A DNA stretch of 54,823 nt, taken from Neovahlkampfia damariscottae (Eukaryota). Below are positions 24,397-36,494 of the stretch, in pieces (the stretch's first letter is position 1; every line of letters starts with the position of its first letter). Made by a program: the position numbers and the translations under genes. The stretch spans positions 1 to 54,823 of the forward strand of contig JABLTG010000139.1 of NCBI GenBank assembly GCA_016618085.1, given 5' to 3'. The notes beneath the pieces are model-generated. The model made no database searches. It had not been told where the DNA came from and saw nothing but the letters and a program-made list of their open reading frames with translations.

Positions 24397-25788
24397 TTAT
24401 TCAAACAATTCAATGAATTGATTACAAACATCCATTGAATCATTATTGATCAAAAAACCTGCATATTTATCCCTAATATTTTTGTCTTCCTTTTTTTCAT
24501 TTAATTCTAAATACTCCAATAATTTAGTATTAAAATTCTTTGAATGAATCAAAGAAAATCCACGATTCATATATTTTATTGTTCTTGGATAAAAATTCAT
24601 AACATTTTCTTTTGAATTGATAAATTTATAATTAAGAAATGTTCCAGTGTTCACTGATTGGATAAATGGAAATGAACATTTGACCTCCTTACCATCAAAT
24701 CCAACTTGACAACAATCAATATCAAATATGTTCAATATTTTTTCAGGGTTCATACTTGTTTGTGTGTCTTCACAATCATACCAAATGAATTGTAATTTTA
24801 ATTTCTTTCCATCAATTTTGAGATGCATATTTCTGATATACATCTCATCATTGAATAAATTTTCAAATTTATATTTATTGTCTTTTAAGGATTTAACATC
24901 TCCATAGACATCAGTATCTAGTAATTCAATGGCGGATAATCTCATATCAAAAATTGTAGATTCATAGTCGAGATAATCATCGCCAATGAAAAAGAAATCA
25001 ATATCACTGTTCTGGCTTTCAAATGAATCTGCTAAAATACACTTTAAAACTGAACCACCAACAAGGAAAAAATTATCCCAACGAATAAGATTTCTCCAAG
25101 TATTGAATTTGAAGAATTTATCAAAGTTATCAAAAAATGTTTCTTCAGATACTAAACTCTTTCCTTTGTAATTTTCTTTTTCCAAATTGAATAATTTTAA
25201 TTCTAAATTGTTTAATTTTCTTTTTTTGAATAAAAATAAATTTTTGTAAACAGAAATAGTTTCAGCAATTTCAAATAAATGATATGAAAATAATCTTGAA
25301 TATGTTTGAAATTCACTTGTATCATAATAACCAAAAAATAAATCAAAATTAGTTGGATTAAAAATTTCAGAAATTTTTGGGTGATATAACTTGACTTTTG
25401 TCAGTCCTTCTTGTAATTCACTAGATCCCACATCATCATCATCAAATCTTTCAAAAAACAACCTTTCATGATAATCACTTGGTATTGTCATATCTGTATT
25501 TTCTTTTAGGAATTGACCATAATTGAAAACTAACCAACCCATAGTTTGACACTCATGAAGGTATATGTCATCCAATTCAACTTTGTTGTGAAAATATTGT
25601 TTCTTCAATCGTTTAATGTGTTGTAGAATGTTGCTATTGTCTTTAGAAATTGAAACAAATTCTTTGGAGGTAATAGTGAGTTTATGAACACTTCTTGAGT
25701 CAAGAAACGATGAAACAAGAGAAATAAGTTCTATAGGTAAATGTGTGAGTGGTGTCAAGACTCTCTTTTTTTTCACTTTTTTTGTCAT
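24397..25788 (-). CDS. F-box plus nucleotidyltransferase-like domain protein
   Basis: F-box LTHLPIELISLVSSFLD...L..TSKEF. NTase-like LVGGSVL...SDIDFFF, later FDIDCCQVGFDG and R.IKY..RGF. Intronless. Confidence 0.75.
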   Translation of the reverse strand: MTKKVKKKRVLTPLTHLPIELISLVSSFLDSRSVHKLTITSKEFVSISKDNSNILQHIKRLKKQYFHNKVELDDIYLHECQTMGWLVFNYGQFLKENTDMTIPSDYHERLFFERFDDDDVGSSELQEGLTKVKLYHPKISEIFNPTNFDLFFGYYDTSEFQTYSRLFSYHLFEIAETISVYKNLFLFKKRKLNNLELKLFNLEKENYKGKSLVSEETFFDNFDKFFKFNTWRNLIRWDNFFLVGGSVLKCILADSFESQNSDIDFFFIGDDYLDYESTIFDMRLSAIELLDTDVYGDVKSLKDNKYKFENLFNDEMYIRNMHLKIDGKKLKLQFIWYDCEDTQTSMNPEKILNIFDIDCCQVGFDGKEVKCSFPFIQSVNTGTFLNYKFINSKENVMNFYPRTIKYMNRGFSLIHSKNFNTKLLEYLELNEKKEDKNIRDKYAGFLINNDSMDVCNQFIELFE

Positions 25789-25983
25789 TTTGATTGGATA
25801 ATTTTCTTTGATGCATTTGTTGGAATGGAAATTCAATTTTATTCAATTTCTGACAGGTTTTAATGATTCAATATTCAAAAGACAGATTTATTTTCACAAA
25901 ACAAAAAGGAAATTTTTTTTCCGATCAGGAATCGTATTTAATAATACTGCATTGTAGAACCTCCCAAATTTAGTGGACTGAAA

Positions 25984-28632
25984 TCATTTTTTGAACTTAA
26001 AATTTTTGACAAATTCCAATTGTGTTTTAGATTCAAATGCACGTGGTCCTCTGACTTCTTTGACAGTTTTTATTGCTTGATCAGATGGAACAAAATATCT
26101 TTTCATCAAGACAAGAGCTGCCAAAACACTTGATCTACCTAATGCAGCAATTGAAATAATGATAACTTTTTTATCTTCATTCATAGTTTTGAAAATCTCT
26201 GATAGAATATATTCAGTTTGTTCGACTGTTGAAGATGTAAAAAATAACAATCTTTACCACTTGGAACACCTTGATTCTTTACTGGAATATGAACAAATTC
26301 AAATTCCTTTCCTAATATTTTCAACGAACCGTTTGGTGTTTTGTACTCAAAATCATCATAGGTTGCTAAACAAATAATTTTTTTGACATTTTGAGATAAC
26401 ATCAAATGGATATCATCATCAAAATTTCGATTCAAATCTGACCTTCCTGGTAATATTGTAGTACCAAATTCTCCTTTTCCTTCACAAAATTTGATCAACA
26501 AATAAAAAATTACCTAATTTTGGCATCATAAATAAATGAAGTTCTTGACGATGTGATTTTTGAATTCGATCAGCATATCCACAAGCAACAGCTAAACATA
26601 AAATTCTTTGATTTTTTGATAATGTTGGAAGACATAATGAAAATAAAGCATACCTAAGCAATGGAATGAATATTTGAATTGGATTTCTAAAGATATCAAT
26701 AATTTTACAAACAACTTCATTTCTAAAATATCTAATTGTGTTCCACGCTTTAACTATATGAATCGATTTTACACCTTCCAATGTTTCAGGTAATGGAGAA
26801 GATAAGTCTTCAATTTTATAAAGAAATTCAACAATTTTGAGTCCTTCTTTTAATTCATTTTCTGTATTAAATTGAGTAAATTCATAAAAAATATCATGTT
26901 CAAGTTTTGTCACATCTTTCAAAGTATGTCCATAAGTTGTATATTCAAAATCAATAATCCAAATATTTCTGTGACTATCAACCATGATATTTCCTGTATT
27001 TAAGTCACCATGTATCAATGAATAATAATGAGCTCTTTTCATTGATCCAGTTTCTCTAAGCAATGGAATTGTATGTTCAAGAAATTCAACGATATTTGGA
27101 AGAACTGAACCATCAGGAAATTTGAGATCTTTTTGATTTCCATCATTGATATTCAAGATATCAGAGACTCTTTTTGATACTTTGTTAGGTGTATCACTTC
27201 CTCCTGCAAAATAAGCCCACCCTTTACCATCAAAATCATATACTTCTAATAAATCAATAAGTTCTCGTTTTATAGGTCTGTAAAGTCTAAATAGAACATG
27301 AAATGTATCATTTAAAACATTTTTTATGTCTTCCCAAGTTTCTTTAATAAATATATCTTTGAATGAAACAGGTTCACCATGCATTGACGCAAATGAAAAT
27401 TTGATTGCTGAAACCTCTTCAAGTTCTACATAATCTAATATTTTAGGAGCATTGTTTGTTAGGATTTCTTCAACTTTTTCAAAGTTTACTCTTTCTTGAA
27501 CAATTTTTGATAATTTTCCAACTTTTAGGATTGTTTTACTTTGTTTGTGACCCTGAATATCTTCGGAATCTACTAAATAAACAGCACTACCACTGAATCC
27601 ACCTCCAAGTTGATTAACATTCAATGTTAGACTATTTCGATACAGAAATGAAAAAATGTCTTTGTGAGTCTCTGAAAGTGGTTCTTTCAATCCTCTAATG
27701 ATATGACCTGTCTTTGCTTGTTGAACTGATTCTGATAATAAAGGAATTGTTTTTTTGCAATTCAATAATAACCAATTCTCAAATTGAATAATTGAATCAA
27801 AAATCAAAAATGGAAAAATCTTATCAATTTGAGCCAATGAGTTATAATGTTGTAATTTTGAGACACTTGAAGTTAAAGAAGAAGAAAGAGCAACATTTTT
27901 ATATCCACGTGAAAATAACTCATAGCATAAATAATTAACTGTTGATTCCGTCCAAAGCTATGTGAAAAAAAATTATAAATTTTTCAATTGATTTCCTTAC
28001 TCCAACTATTCCAATTTTCAATTTTTTTTTATGTTTTTTTTCAAGTTGTTGTAATTTTGTTTCTAACTCTGTATCATTGAAAACATTCAATGATTTGATT
28101 TCAATATGATGTTCATTTTTCTGTTTTTTTTCATCCATTTGGTATATTAATTTTTGACCATCTGTTCCTTTGATACCATGCATACCCTTTTGTAAAATTT
28201 AATTTTAATATTTAATTGTACATATTTTTTCACCATAAAACTATCCATTTCCCATGTAGTTTTTAAGTGAATCATTTCAATTTTTGATTCATTTTGAGCT
28301 CTAAACCATTGAAAAAATTGTCCTATTGGAGAATGTGCTGTATTGTCTCCGAGAATTCTTTTACTTTCATCTTTTCCAATGTACAAAAATGTTTTTTTTG
28401 GTTTCAAAGAAATGAAATCATTTTGTAAGTTACATGTAATTATGACAGGTAAAAAATCTTTGGAGTCAAAAATTTCATCTTCATCCGTTTCATTTTCAGT
28501 CATTACGTTTTGAATTTTCTTTTCAAAAGATGTTGCTGAAGTAAAGAAGTATTTTGAACCAAAATAACTGGCAATTGACATGGCTGAAACACCAATTGCT
28601 GTATAAAACCACTTTTTTTTCTCGTCTTCCAT
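25984..28632 (-). CDS. Bacterial-type fusion: TM anchor, isochorismatase-like domain, APH/TCAD9-like kinase, CDKN3/DSP-like pseudophosphatase
   Basis: Four GT-AG introns join five ORF pieces. Motifs LQNDF, GLWTE...YEL, GGFSGSAV, ILKVG, ER.NFEKVEEIL.NNAP, IHGDLN.GNI, WIIDF, TILPGR.D..R, SIAALGRS, VRGPRAFES..Q. Confidence 0.8.
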
Positions 28633-28706
28633 TTGGTTTGGTTAAATTGTTGAAAATTGATTGGGCAAAATGTACAAACTAAATTACTGGAAAAATGAAT
28701 GTTTAT

Positions 28707-29581
28707 TTAGGCGTTGTAAATTCCTGCACGAACAACTTCATGTGGAGAAACTGTTGAACGAGTTCTACCAGGATCTAAAATTTGAAATGATCCATTTGAG
28801 TTAACACCAACTGCTAAAACCCTAAAAATATTAAAATTATTTTGAAGAATTTTACCAATGTCCACCTCTATCAATATTTAAAGAAACAATTTTTTTTGCA
28901 CAAACAGCCGCTTTGATTCCTTCAACATCATTAATTTGACCTTGATATCTGAGTCCAAAACGTGTAACTGAACCCCAGATGAATAAATTTCCTTGATATC
29001 CACGATTTGTATTTAGGAAATGATTAAAATTTTTTGGTGTCACAATTTGACCATCAATTCTTTTTCCAAGACCATTTAAGGCCATAGCTACTGATGTAAT
29101 TAAACAACCAACTTTACAAACTGTTGAACTTGATCCAAGTTTGTCATTGCCCCATCTTTGAAAGAGTTAGAAACCTTCAAAACAATACCTTCCATCGCAT
29201 TGTTTGTAAAGTGGATAATTTCGAGTTGGTCTACATTGCGTATTACCACCTGAGTGAGCTCTTAAGTAAGTTGATGAAGACCATCCTTCATAACCTGTTC
29301 CTTTAATGAAATACCACAAATGTCCGCACATGTTTATTTTTTTACCTCCATAGGTAACAACAGTATTAAAAGGTAGAGTTTTTACAATTCCTAAAAGTTT
29401 GAAGTTATTATTTTTTTGACATACTTCCGTTGCAAGGTTCACTTCTGCATTGTAAGCCAATCGAACTTGTTACAATTAATTTGTCACCTGGTTTTGGTTC
29501 AATCTTTTCTAACTTTGTTGAAGCATGTACAGAGAAAAAAAAAAGAGCAAAAACTAAAACAGAAATTGTTGACTTTGACAT
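28707..29581 (-). CDS. Secreted SH3b plus peptidase C39-like protein, copy 1
   Basis: Signal peptide; SH3b (L..RSEP...WY.IK....GW.SSTYL); YKQCD.RW, GCLITSVAMAL, TP, GHWVL, DPG (Cys-His-Asp). Three introns. Confidence 0.85.
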
Positions 29582-29731
29582 TTTGTGTGTTGATACGTTG
29601 AAGAATTTGATTGGATAGAAAATTTTTCCAATTTAAGACAATCGAAATAAAATTTTGTGGAGAGATTGAATGAGATATTGTCAAAAGTTGCATGTCAACA
29701 AAAAATTTGCTGTCTCATAAACAACTTTATT

Positions 29732-30816
29732 TTAGACATTATAAATTCCTGCACGAAGTACTTGATTTGCAGGAACTGTTGAACGAGTTCTACCAGGATC
29801 TAAAATTTGAAATGATCCATTTGAGTTAACACCAACTGCTAAAACCCTAAAAATATTAAAATTATTTTGAAGAATTTTACCAATGTCCACCTCTATCAAT
29901 ATTTAAAGAAACAATTTTTTTTGCACAAACAGCTNNNNNNNNNNNNNNNNNNNNNNNNNNNNNNNNNNNNNNNNNNNNNNNNNNNNNNNNNNNNNNNNNN
30001 NNNNNNNNNNNNNNNNNNNNNNNNNNNNNNNNTTTGAAATGATCCATTTGAGTTAACACCAACTGCTAAAACCCTAAAAATATTAAAATTATTTTGAAGA
30101 ATTTTACCAATGTCCACCTCTATCAATATTTAAAGAAACAATTTTTTTTGCACAAACAGCTCTTTTAATTCCTGCAATATCTCTAATTTGACCTTGATAT
30201 TTGAGTCCAAAACGAGCAACTGAACCCCAGATGAATAAATTTCCTTGATATCCACGATTTGCGCGTAAAAATGCATTAAAATTTTTTGGAGTAGCAGTAG
30301 CTCCATTAATTTTTTTTCCAAGACCTTTTAAAGCCATAGCGACTGAAGTAATTAAACAACCAACTTTACAAACAGTTGAACTTGATCCAAGTTTGTCATT
30401 GCCCCATCTTCTATCACATTGTTTGTAAAGTGGATAATTTCTTCCTTGTCTACATTGTGAACCACCACCACCACCTGAATGAGCTTTTAAGTAAGTAGAA
30501 GCAGACCATCCTTGAAAACCAGAACCTTTGACTAAATACCAAAGGTGACCACATGTTCTGACACTTTTTCCAGCATATGACACCACAGTGTTAGCTGGCA
30601 TAGTTTTCACGATTTCTATTGAAGTGTTAAAATGACGTTGTTTATATTACTTCCATTACAAGGCTTTGCTCGACAGTGTAAGCCATTTGAGCTTGTCACG
30701 ATTAATTTTGCGCCTGGTTTTGGTTCAATTCTATCCAACTTTGTTGAAATGGATTCAGCATTCACCGTAAAAAGAAAGAGAGCAAAAAGTAAAATGCAAA
30801 TTGTTGACTTGGCCAT
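29732..30816 (-). CDS. Secreted SH3b plus peptidase C39-like protein, copy 2 (spans assembly gap)
   Basis: Same architecture as copy 1 with two introns. The 3' end lies left of the N gap. Confidence 0.8.
29935..30032. other. Assembly gap with duplicated flanks
   Basis: Run of N. 29806-29934 is repeated exactly at 30033-30161. Confidence 0.95.
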
Positions 30817-30899
30817 TCTGAGTTTTGATTTGTTTATGATTTTGATTGGATAATTTTTTATTTATAAGTTTTCAAAATGGTTTTAGAACCGAAAAAATT

Positions 30900-31319
30900 T
30901 CAAAGGTAGTACTCAATAATTTCAATGTCATTTGTATCTTTTAATTTCTCCAAACCTTTTTGAGTGAATTCTATTGTCAAAACACCATCTTTTAATTCAG
31001 CATTTGCCAAACCTTTTTTTTCGTCTTCATAATCTTTGAAATCTTCACCATTAACAGAAAATCCCTTAAGAGTTTAAATAATTATTTATTTTACTTCGAA
31101 TCCTGTGCCCCATTTTTTAACTATGAATTTTAAACCTGAGTATTTTGCATTTGAAGAAATTTGAAAACGAGCAAAAGGTTGACCAGAACTTACTAGGACT
31201 ATTTCTGGACCATTTGTTTTTTCTAAAATAACACCTTCTAAATTATTCACTGAGATTGACATTTGGGAACTAAGTTGAACCAACAACAAACAAACCACAA
31301 AAAAGAAAATTGATCTCAT
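30900..31319 (-). CDS. Small secreted hypothetical protein
   Basis: Signal peptide MRSIFFFVVCLLLVQLSSQ. One ~30-nt intron extends the ORF to ...IEIIEYYL*. Confidence 0.7.
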
Positions 31320-31449
31320 TGGACAAATGATTTTTTTAAAATACCTTGAAGTTTATTAAAGATTCGATCAAAATTGATCTTCATCTGATTTGATCTATTA
31401 ATTTATCCGATTTGTTTAAGCCAATAAGAAAATCCCCGATTTTTTTCAC

Positions 31450-32692
31450 ATGACCATTGAAGGAAGTTTACCATTTTTTTTATTCAGAAACCCTAAAGAC
31501 GTGTTCGCTCATGAACCTACTTTTTTAATTTTAGAGTATTATTTCATATTCCTTTTTGTTTTGTGCTTCATCCATGCAATCACAACAGGAAGAAAAAATG
31601 TTTCATTCTTTTTCACATGCATTGCTCATGGATTATTCGTAGAATGTGTTTCATATTTTGTACCGATGATTGATAACTTTTGGCATGCTCAATCTTCAAT
31701 TCAAACCACCTTTGGAAGGTTACCATTTTACATCATTTGTTTATACGTTGTTTTTATTTATACAGCTCACATGGCAATAAGTAGACTTCGTTTAAATCCA
31801 ATAATTGAAGCGTTTGCCACAGGTTTAGGCGTTTTGTTAATTGATTTACCATATGGTACTGTTTTCAAAAATATTAATTTTTATTAAAGATCATATGGGT
31901 GCAAAAATGCTTTGGTGGATATGGCATGACACAGATGTAAATATTGTAGCAAGAAATTATTACGTTCCTTGGAATTCTTATTTTTTTCACATCACTTTTG
32001 CATCAAGTGCAGTTTTAATTTTTGGTTTCCTCAGAAGAAAATTAATTTCAAACAATTCAGATGAAGGTGGAAATATTTTCAAAGAAATTTTATGTGTTTT
32101 GATCACAGGATGTACTGCTATGCCTCTTGGAGTCATTCAAATGGGTTTAAATGGATTACATTTTCATTTTGGTGTTCCAAGTCATGTTATTGTTTTAATT
32201 GCTATTGGAATCTATTGTGTAATTGTATTTTGTGGAAGACATTTACAAAACAACAAAGCATCAGGAGAATGGAGAAATGAATCAAAATTACCATGGTTCA
32301 AAGATATTTTATTATGGATTATTTTAATTCATTTCATTATCATGATGGGATTTGTTACATTTGGAAATTCTTCAACTGTTAAAGCGACTGGATTACACGA
32401 ACAAGTTGGAAATTGTGTTGATAAAGTTGCAGTACCTGTTTCACCATTTTTGACACTCTATAAAAGAAAACATTTATGTTTAAAAGATTATGATGAACCA
32501 TTTGATTTCAAATGTGTCAATGATGAAAAACCAAAAGATGGTGAGAATTGGTATACTGCTTGTGGTTTGAAATATTCAAATGAATATGAACATATGACAG
32601 TCGTTTATTCTTATTGTTTATTGGGTATTTTTATTTTTTATTCAATTTTGAGAAGTGGAAAAAATAGTTCATCAAAAAAAAAGAAAGAATAA
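31450..32692 (+). CDS. Conserved multi-pass membrane protein (DUF7802/CruF-like)
   Basis: HGL.VE..SY..P.IDNFWHAQ, GRLP.YI, IDLPYD.MG.K.LWW.WHDTD, YYVPWNSYFFH. Intron near 31856-31889. Family name from memory. Confidence 0.7.
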
Positions 32693-32747
32693 AATAAATT
32701 TTAATCATCCAATCAATTATTTTTTTCAAATTTGACCAAACATTGTC

Positions 32748-33440
32748 ATGAAACAAGAAGCAGAAAATTTAGATGAAAAATTTGAAACTTTTATTGAAGG
32801 AAAAGAGTACAGCTCAAAAATTAAAACCAATATTATGAACGATTTTATTGAATCTTCGGAAAAAAAAACGAAAAAAAAATTGAATACATTCGATTTAATG
32901 AAATTCATTTCTTCTCAACCAAAAGAAACATCAACGATTGAAGAATTAGAAAAACAGAAAAAATATCTTTTAAAAATTAGAAAAGAAATAATTTCTGATG
33001 AATACAACAAAGTACAAAATACCATTGAATTTTTTGAAAAGAATTTACATTATTTTATAAAACATCCTTTGGAGTTTCAAAGATTAATTGGTCAATTAGA
33101 AACTAATGAAAGGAAAATATTCACTCATACAATTTTTACGTATTATTATGCCGATGTTTTGATTGAGTTAACAAAAGAAAAAACAAATGAAAAAGACAAT
33201 TTAGAGTTTTTAGATGATGATGAAAAGTCAATTGAGAAATTAAAAAAAGATTATTTTTATTCATTTTCTAAAGATACAATTGAATTTGATTTCAAAAAAG
33301 TGTCAAAAGTTTATCATTACATTTTGAAAAATTTGGAAACATTGAAAGAAGAATCTAATTTATTTTATAATTTAATGATTCAAATGAATTCAAATGAAAC
33401 ATTAATGTTGGAAGATTTACTGTTCAATAAAGAAAATTAA
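32748..33440 (+). CDS. Hypothetical helical protein
   Basis: 230-aa ORF with upstream CCAAT; no recognised motif. Confidence 0.6.
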   Translation: MKQEAENLDEKFETFIEGKEYSSKIKTNIMNDFIESSEKKTKKKLNTFDLMKFISSQPKETSTIEELEKQKKYLLKIRKEIISDEYNKVQNTIEFFEKNLHYFIKHPLEFQRLIGQLETNERKIFTHTIFTYYYADVLIELTKEKTNEKDNLEFLDDDEKSIEKLKKDYFYSFSKDTIEFDFKKVSKVYHYILKNLETLKEESNLFYNLMIQMNSNETLMLEDLLFNKEN

Positions 33441-34002
33441 GATTGTTTGACAATTGCTCTTATTAAATTAATTGGATCTTGTATTGGCAAAATGTTAGTT
33501 TTCTAATCTTGGTGAATAAAACTACAAAAAAAAACTAACCATTATCAGTAATAATATTTCTTCCGTAAATTTGACCAAAAAGTGGTAAAAAATATCGAAA
33601 ATTCCGGTCTAAATAGGCGAACAGGTGTAAAACTTTTCATTCTGGAGTTGAAGGGCAGAGGTCAAAAAAACTGGGAAATGTAGAATTTTGCTCGAGTTGA
33701 TGGGCAAAACGGAGTTTTTATTTAATTTGTAGAGGCGCAATGTCCACTACAACTATTATCTATGGAGAAATGAGGTACTTTTGGGAATGAATTCTCATAT
33801 CCAAAAAATTATCAAAATCAGAGGAAGTGCAAAAAAAATAAGAATTAGAACATTCTTTTTATTAAACTTCAAACTATTTTTATTTTAAATGATTGGTGGA
33901 TCAGTTGATTAATTCCATACAAAAATATCCAATCGGAATCATTTCAAATAAATTCCGATCAATCATAAATTAGAGTACAAAATTTGAAGATCAAAACCGA
34001 AA

Positions 34003-34551
34003 ATGTACACAAAGAACCTCAAAACAATCGGAAAAATCAAAGGACAATCAAGACAATTCAGAAAGGGATTTGGAGAACTAGATTTAGTCAAATGGAAAAA
34101 TCCATTCAAATCACCAGTTAGTTCAATTCAAAGAGATCCATTTGAAAAATTTCAGAATGAATTAATGCAATGGGATTCAGATTTCCTCAGATTTCCAAGA
34201 TTTTCATCAGAATTTTTTGAAAAATCAATGATTGAAATCGACATCAAAGAAAAGAAAGATTCATTCGTTGTACAAGCGGATCTTCCAGGAATTGAAAAGG
34301 AAAATATCAAAGTGAACATTGAAAATGGAATGTTAAAGATTACAGGTGAAAGAAAAACTGAAAAGGAAGAAAAAGATGAAAATTATCTTCGATCAGAAAA
34401 ATTCTATGGAAAATTGGAAAGGGTTTTAAAATTACCAGACAATGTTGATGAAGAGAATGTTAAAGCAGATTTTAAAAATGGTGTTTTAAACTTGAAAATA
34501 AAAAAAAAAGAACCAAAAGTATCATCTGGAAAGGTAGTTCAAATTGAATAA
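34003..34551 (+). CDS. Small heat-shock protein (HSP20/alpha-crystallin), possibly organelle-targeted
   Basis: DIKE..D.FVVQADLPG..KE.I.V, L.ITGER, G..ER...LP.NVD, A.FKNGVL. Basic N-terminal extension. Confidence 0.95.
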   Translation: MYTKNLKTIGKIKGQSRQFRKGFGELDLVKWKNPFKSPVSSIQRDPFEKFQNELMQWDSDFLRFPRFSSEFFEKSMIEIDIKEKKDSFVVQADLPGIEKENIKVNIENGMLKITGERKTEKEEKDENYLRSEKFYGKLERVLKLPDNVDEENVKADFKNGVLNLKIKKKEPKVSSGKVVQIE

Positions 34552-34710
34552 ATTTCTTTTTTTTTATATGATCAGTTTTTTCATCTTTTTTGTTGATTTG
34601 TCCACCTGCAGTTATACTATGACAAACCATGCCTTTTGTTCAGGAGAAAGTTTTTGGAGTGTTCAAAATGTTCGAAGTGAAACAAAATAGAGCAGAAGAA
34701 AATTTTTTTC

Positions 34711-35288
<578 letters not shown>

Positions 35289-35458
35289 ACGAGTCTACCT
35301 CTTCATTTTTACATTAATAAAGTATTCCTGTTATATATATTAAATTTTGTTGTAACTGTTTTTTTTTTTAGTGAAAATTTATCACTCTTAAATGGATTGT
35401 TCTAAAAACTTTAATTGGACAAAAATTGTCAAAAAATCTTGCAGCTGTCCTTCTCAAA

Positions 35459-36394
35459 ATGAATAAGCTCTGCACTTTTTTGCTCTGTTGCCTTTTAGTT
35501 CTTGCTTTGTCCACTGAAGAAAACCAAAATGTTGCATACACAGTGGAAGACGACCTCCAAGCTGTTCTTGACTACTGGACTGAAGAAAGAATAAGAAACG
35601 CTATACCAGTTGATCCAGTTGTTCACAATGAAAAGATAAAAATAAATTTTAATGCTTCAAGAAAATCTCACACCAGGGTAGTTGACTTTCCTGGAGATTT
35701 TGGAAAAATGCCTTATAAAACTGCCGGAAAATTATACTTTGGATTCAGTTCATCATGCAGGTAAATAATAACGCTACTTATTTTTTTAAAGTGCTGCTAT
35801 TGCTGGAGAAAATATAGTTATGACAGCTGGGCATTGTGTTCATGACGGAAAAGGGCAATGGCACAAAAATGTCATTTTCATTCCACAATACAGAGGACAA
35901 GGACATCAACCTTTTGGAAAATGGGCTGCTTCAAGATTATACGCAACAAATGGATGGATTCGTGGAGGTGGTCAAGGTTGGGCACGAGATGTAGGTATTG
36001 CCAGAATGGCACCAATAAATGGGAAATCAATTGCTCAAACAGTTGGAGGAAAACTCACACCAATTTACAATACAGGAAGAAATGTGGATACTATGTCATT
36101 AGGATATCCAAATAATTTTGGTGGTGGATTTTATATGGTTCAATCAGTCGGAAAACAATCAGTGGGACATACACCTTTCAATCCTTCAACAGTTAGACTT
36201 CCAAGTGATATGAGAGCAGGTTCATCAGGTGGTCCTTGGACAGTGAATGGAAATGGTTTGAATTTCTACTCTTTTTTAATTCATTTTAAGGTATAAATGG
36301 AGTTAATAGTTACATTTCATCAAAAGAACCTGGTTTCAGTTTCTCTCCTTATTTTGATGGAACTATTAGAAGTTTAGTAAATATGGCTTCATAA
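35459..36394 (+). CDS. Secreted bacterial-type (V8/S1B-like) trypsin-fold serine protease
   Basis: Signal peptide, YWTEER propeptide, TAGHCV, D(V)G, GYP, GSSGGPW, GVNS, SPYF. Introns 35761-35790 and 36256-36290. Confidence 0.9.
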
Positions 36395-36494
36395 TAAAAT
36401 ACCAAATCATTTTCTTTTCAACTTTTCCTATTCGAAATCATAAAAACCCAATTGCCCAATCATGTTCATTTTTCTTTGTTTGAAAAAAAACTTA

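Noticed and set aside
25915..25980. tRNA-like 3' end (cgattcctgatcggaaa) on the minus strand
   Set aside because: No cloverleaf, D-arm or proper TTCGA loop could be built.
29806..30161. Apparent third SH3b-C39 copy at the N gap
   Set aside because: The gap flanks overlap exactly by 129 bp, typical of a scaffolding artefact. Two copies explain the data, though extra copies cannot be excluded.
30960..31010. HSP20-like AELKDGVLTIEF motif in the small secreted protein
   Set aside because: The rest of the alpha-crystallin domain is not recognisable; probably coincidental.
33450..33900. Longer, slightly GC-richer intergenic region as a possible mobile element or ncRNA
   Set aside because: No ORF, terminal repeats or recognisable RNA motifs. 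Only a partial heat-shock-element-like GAAnnTTC near 33848.
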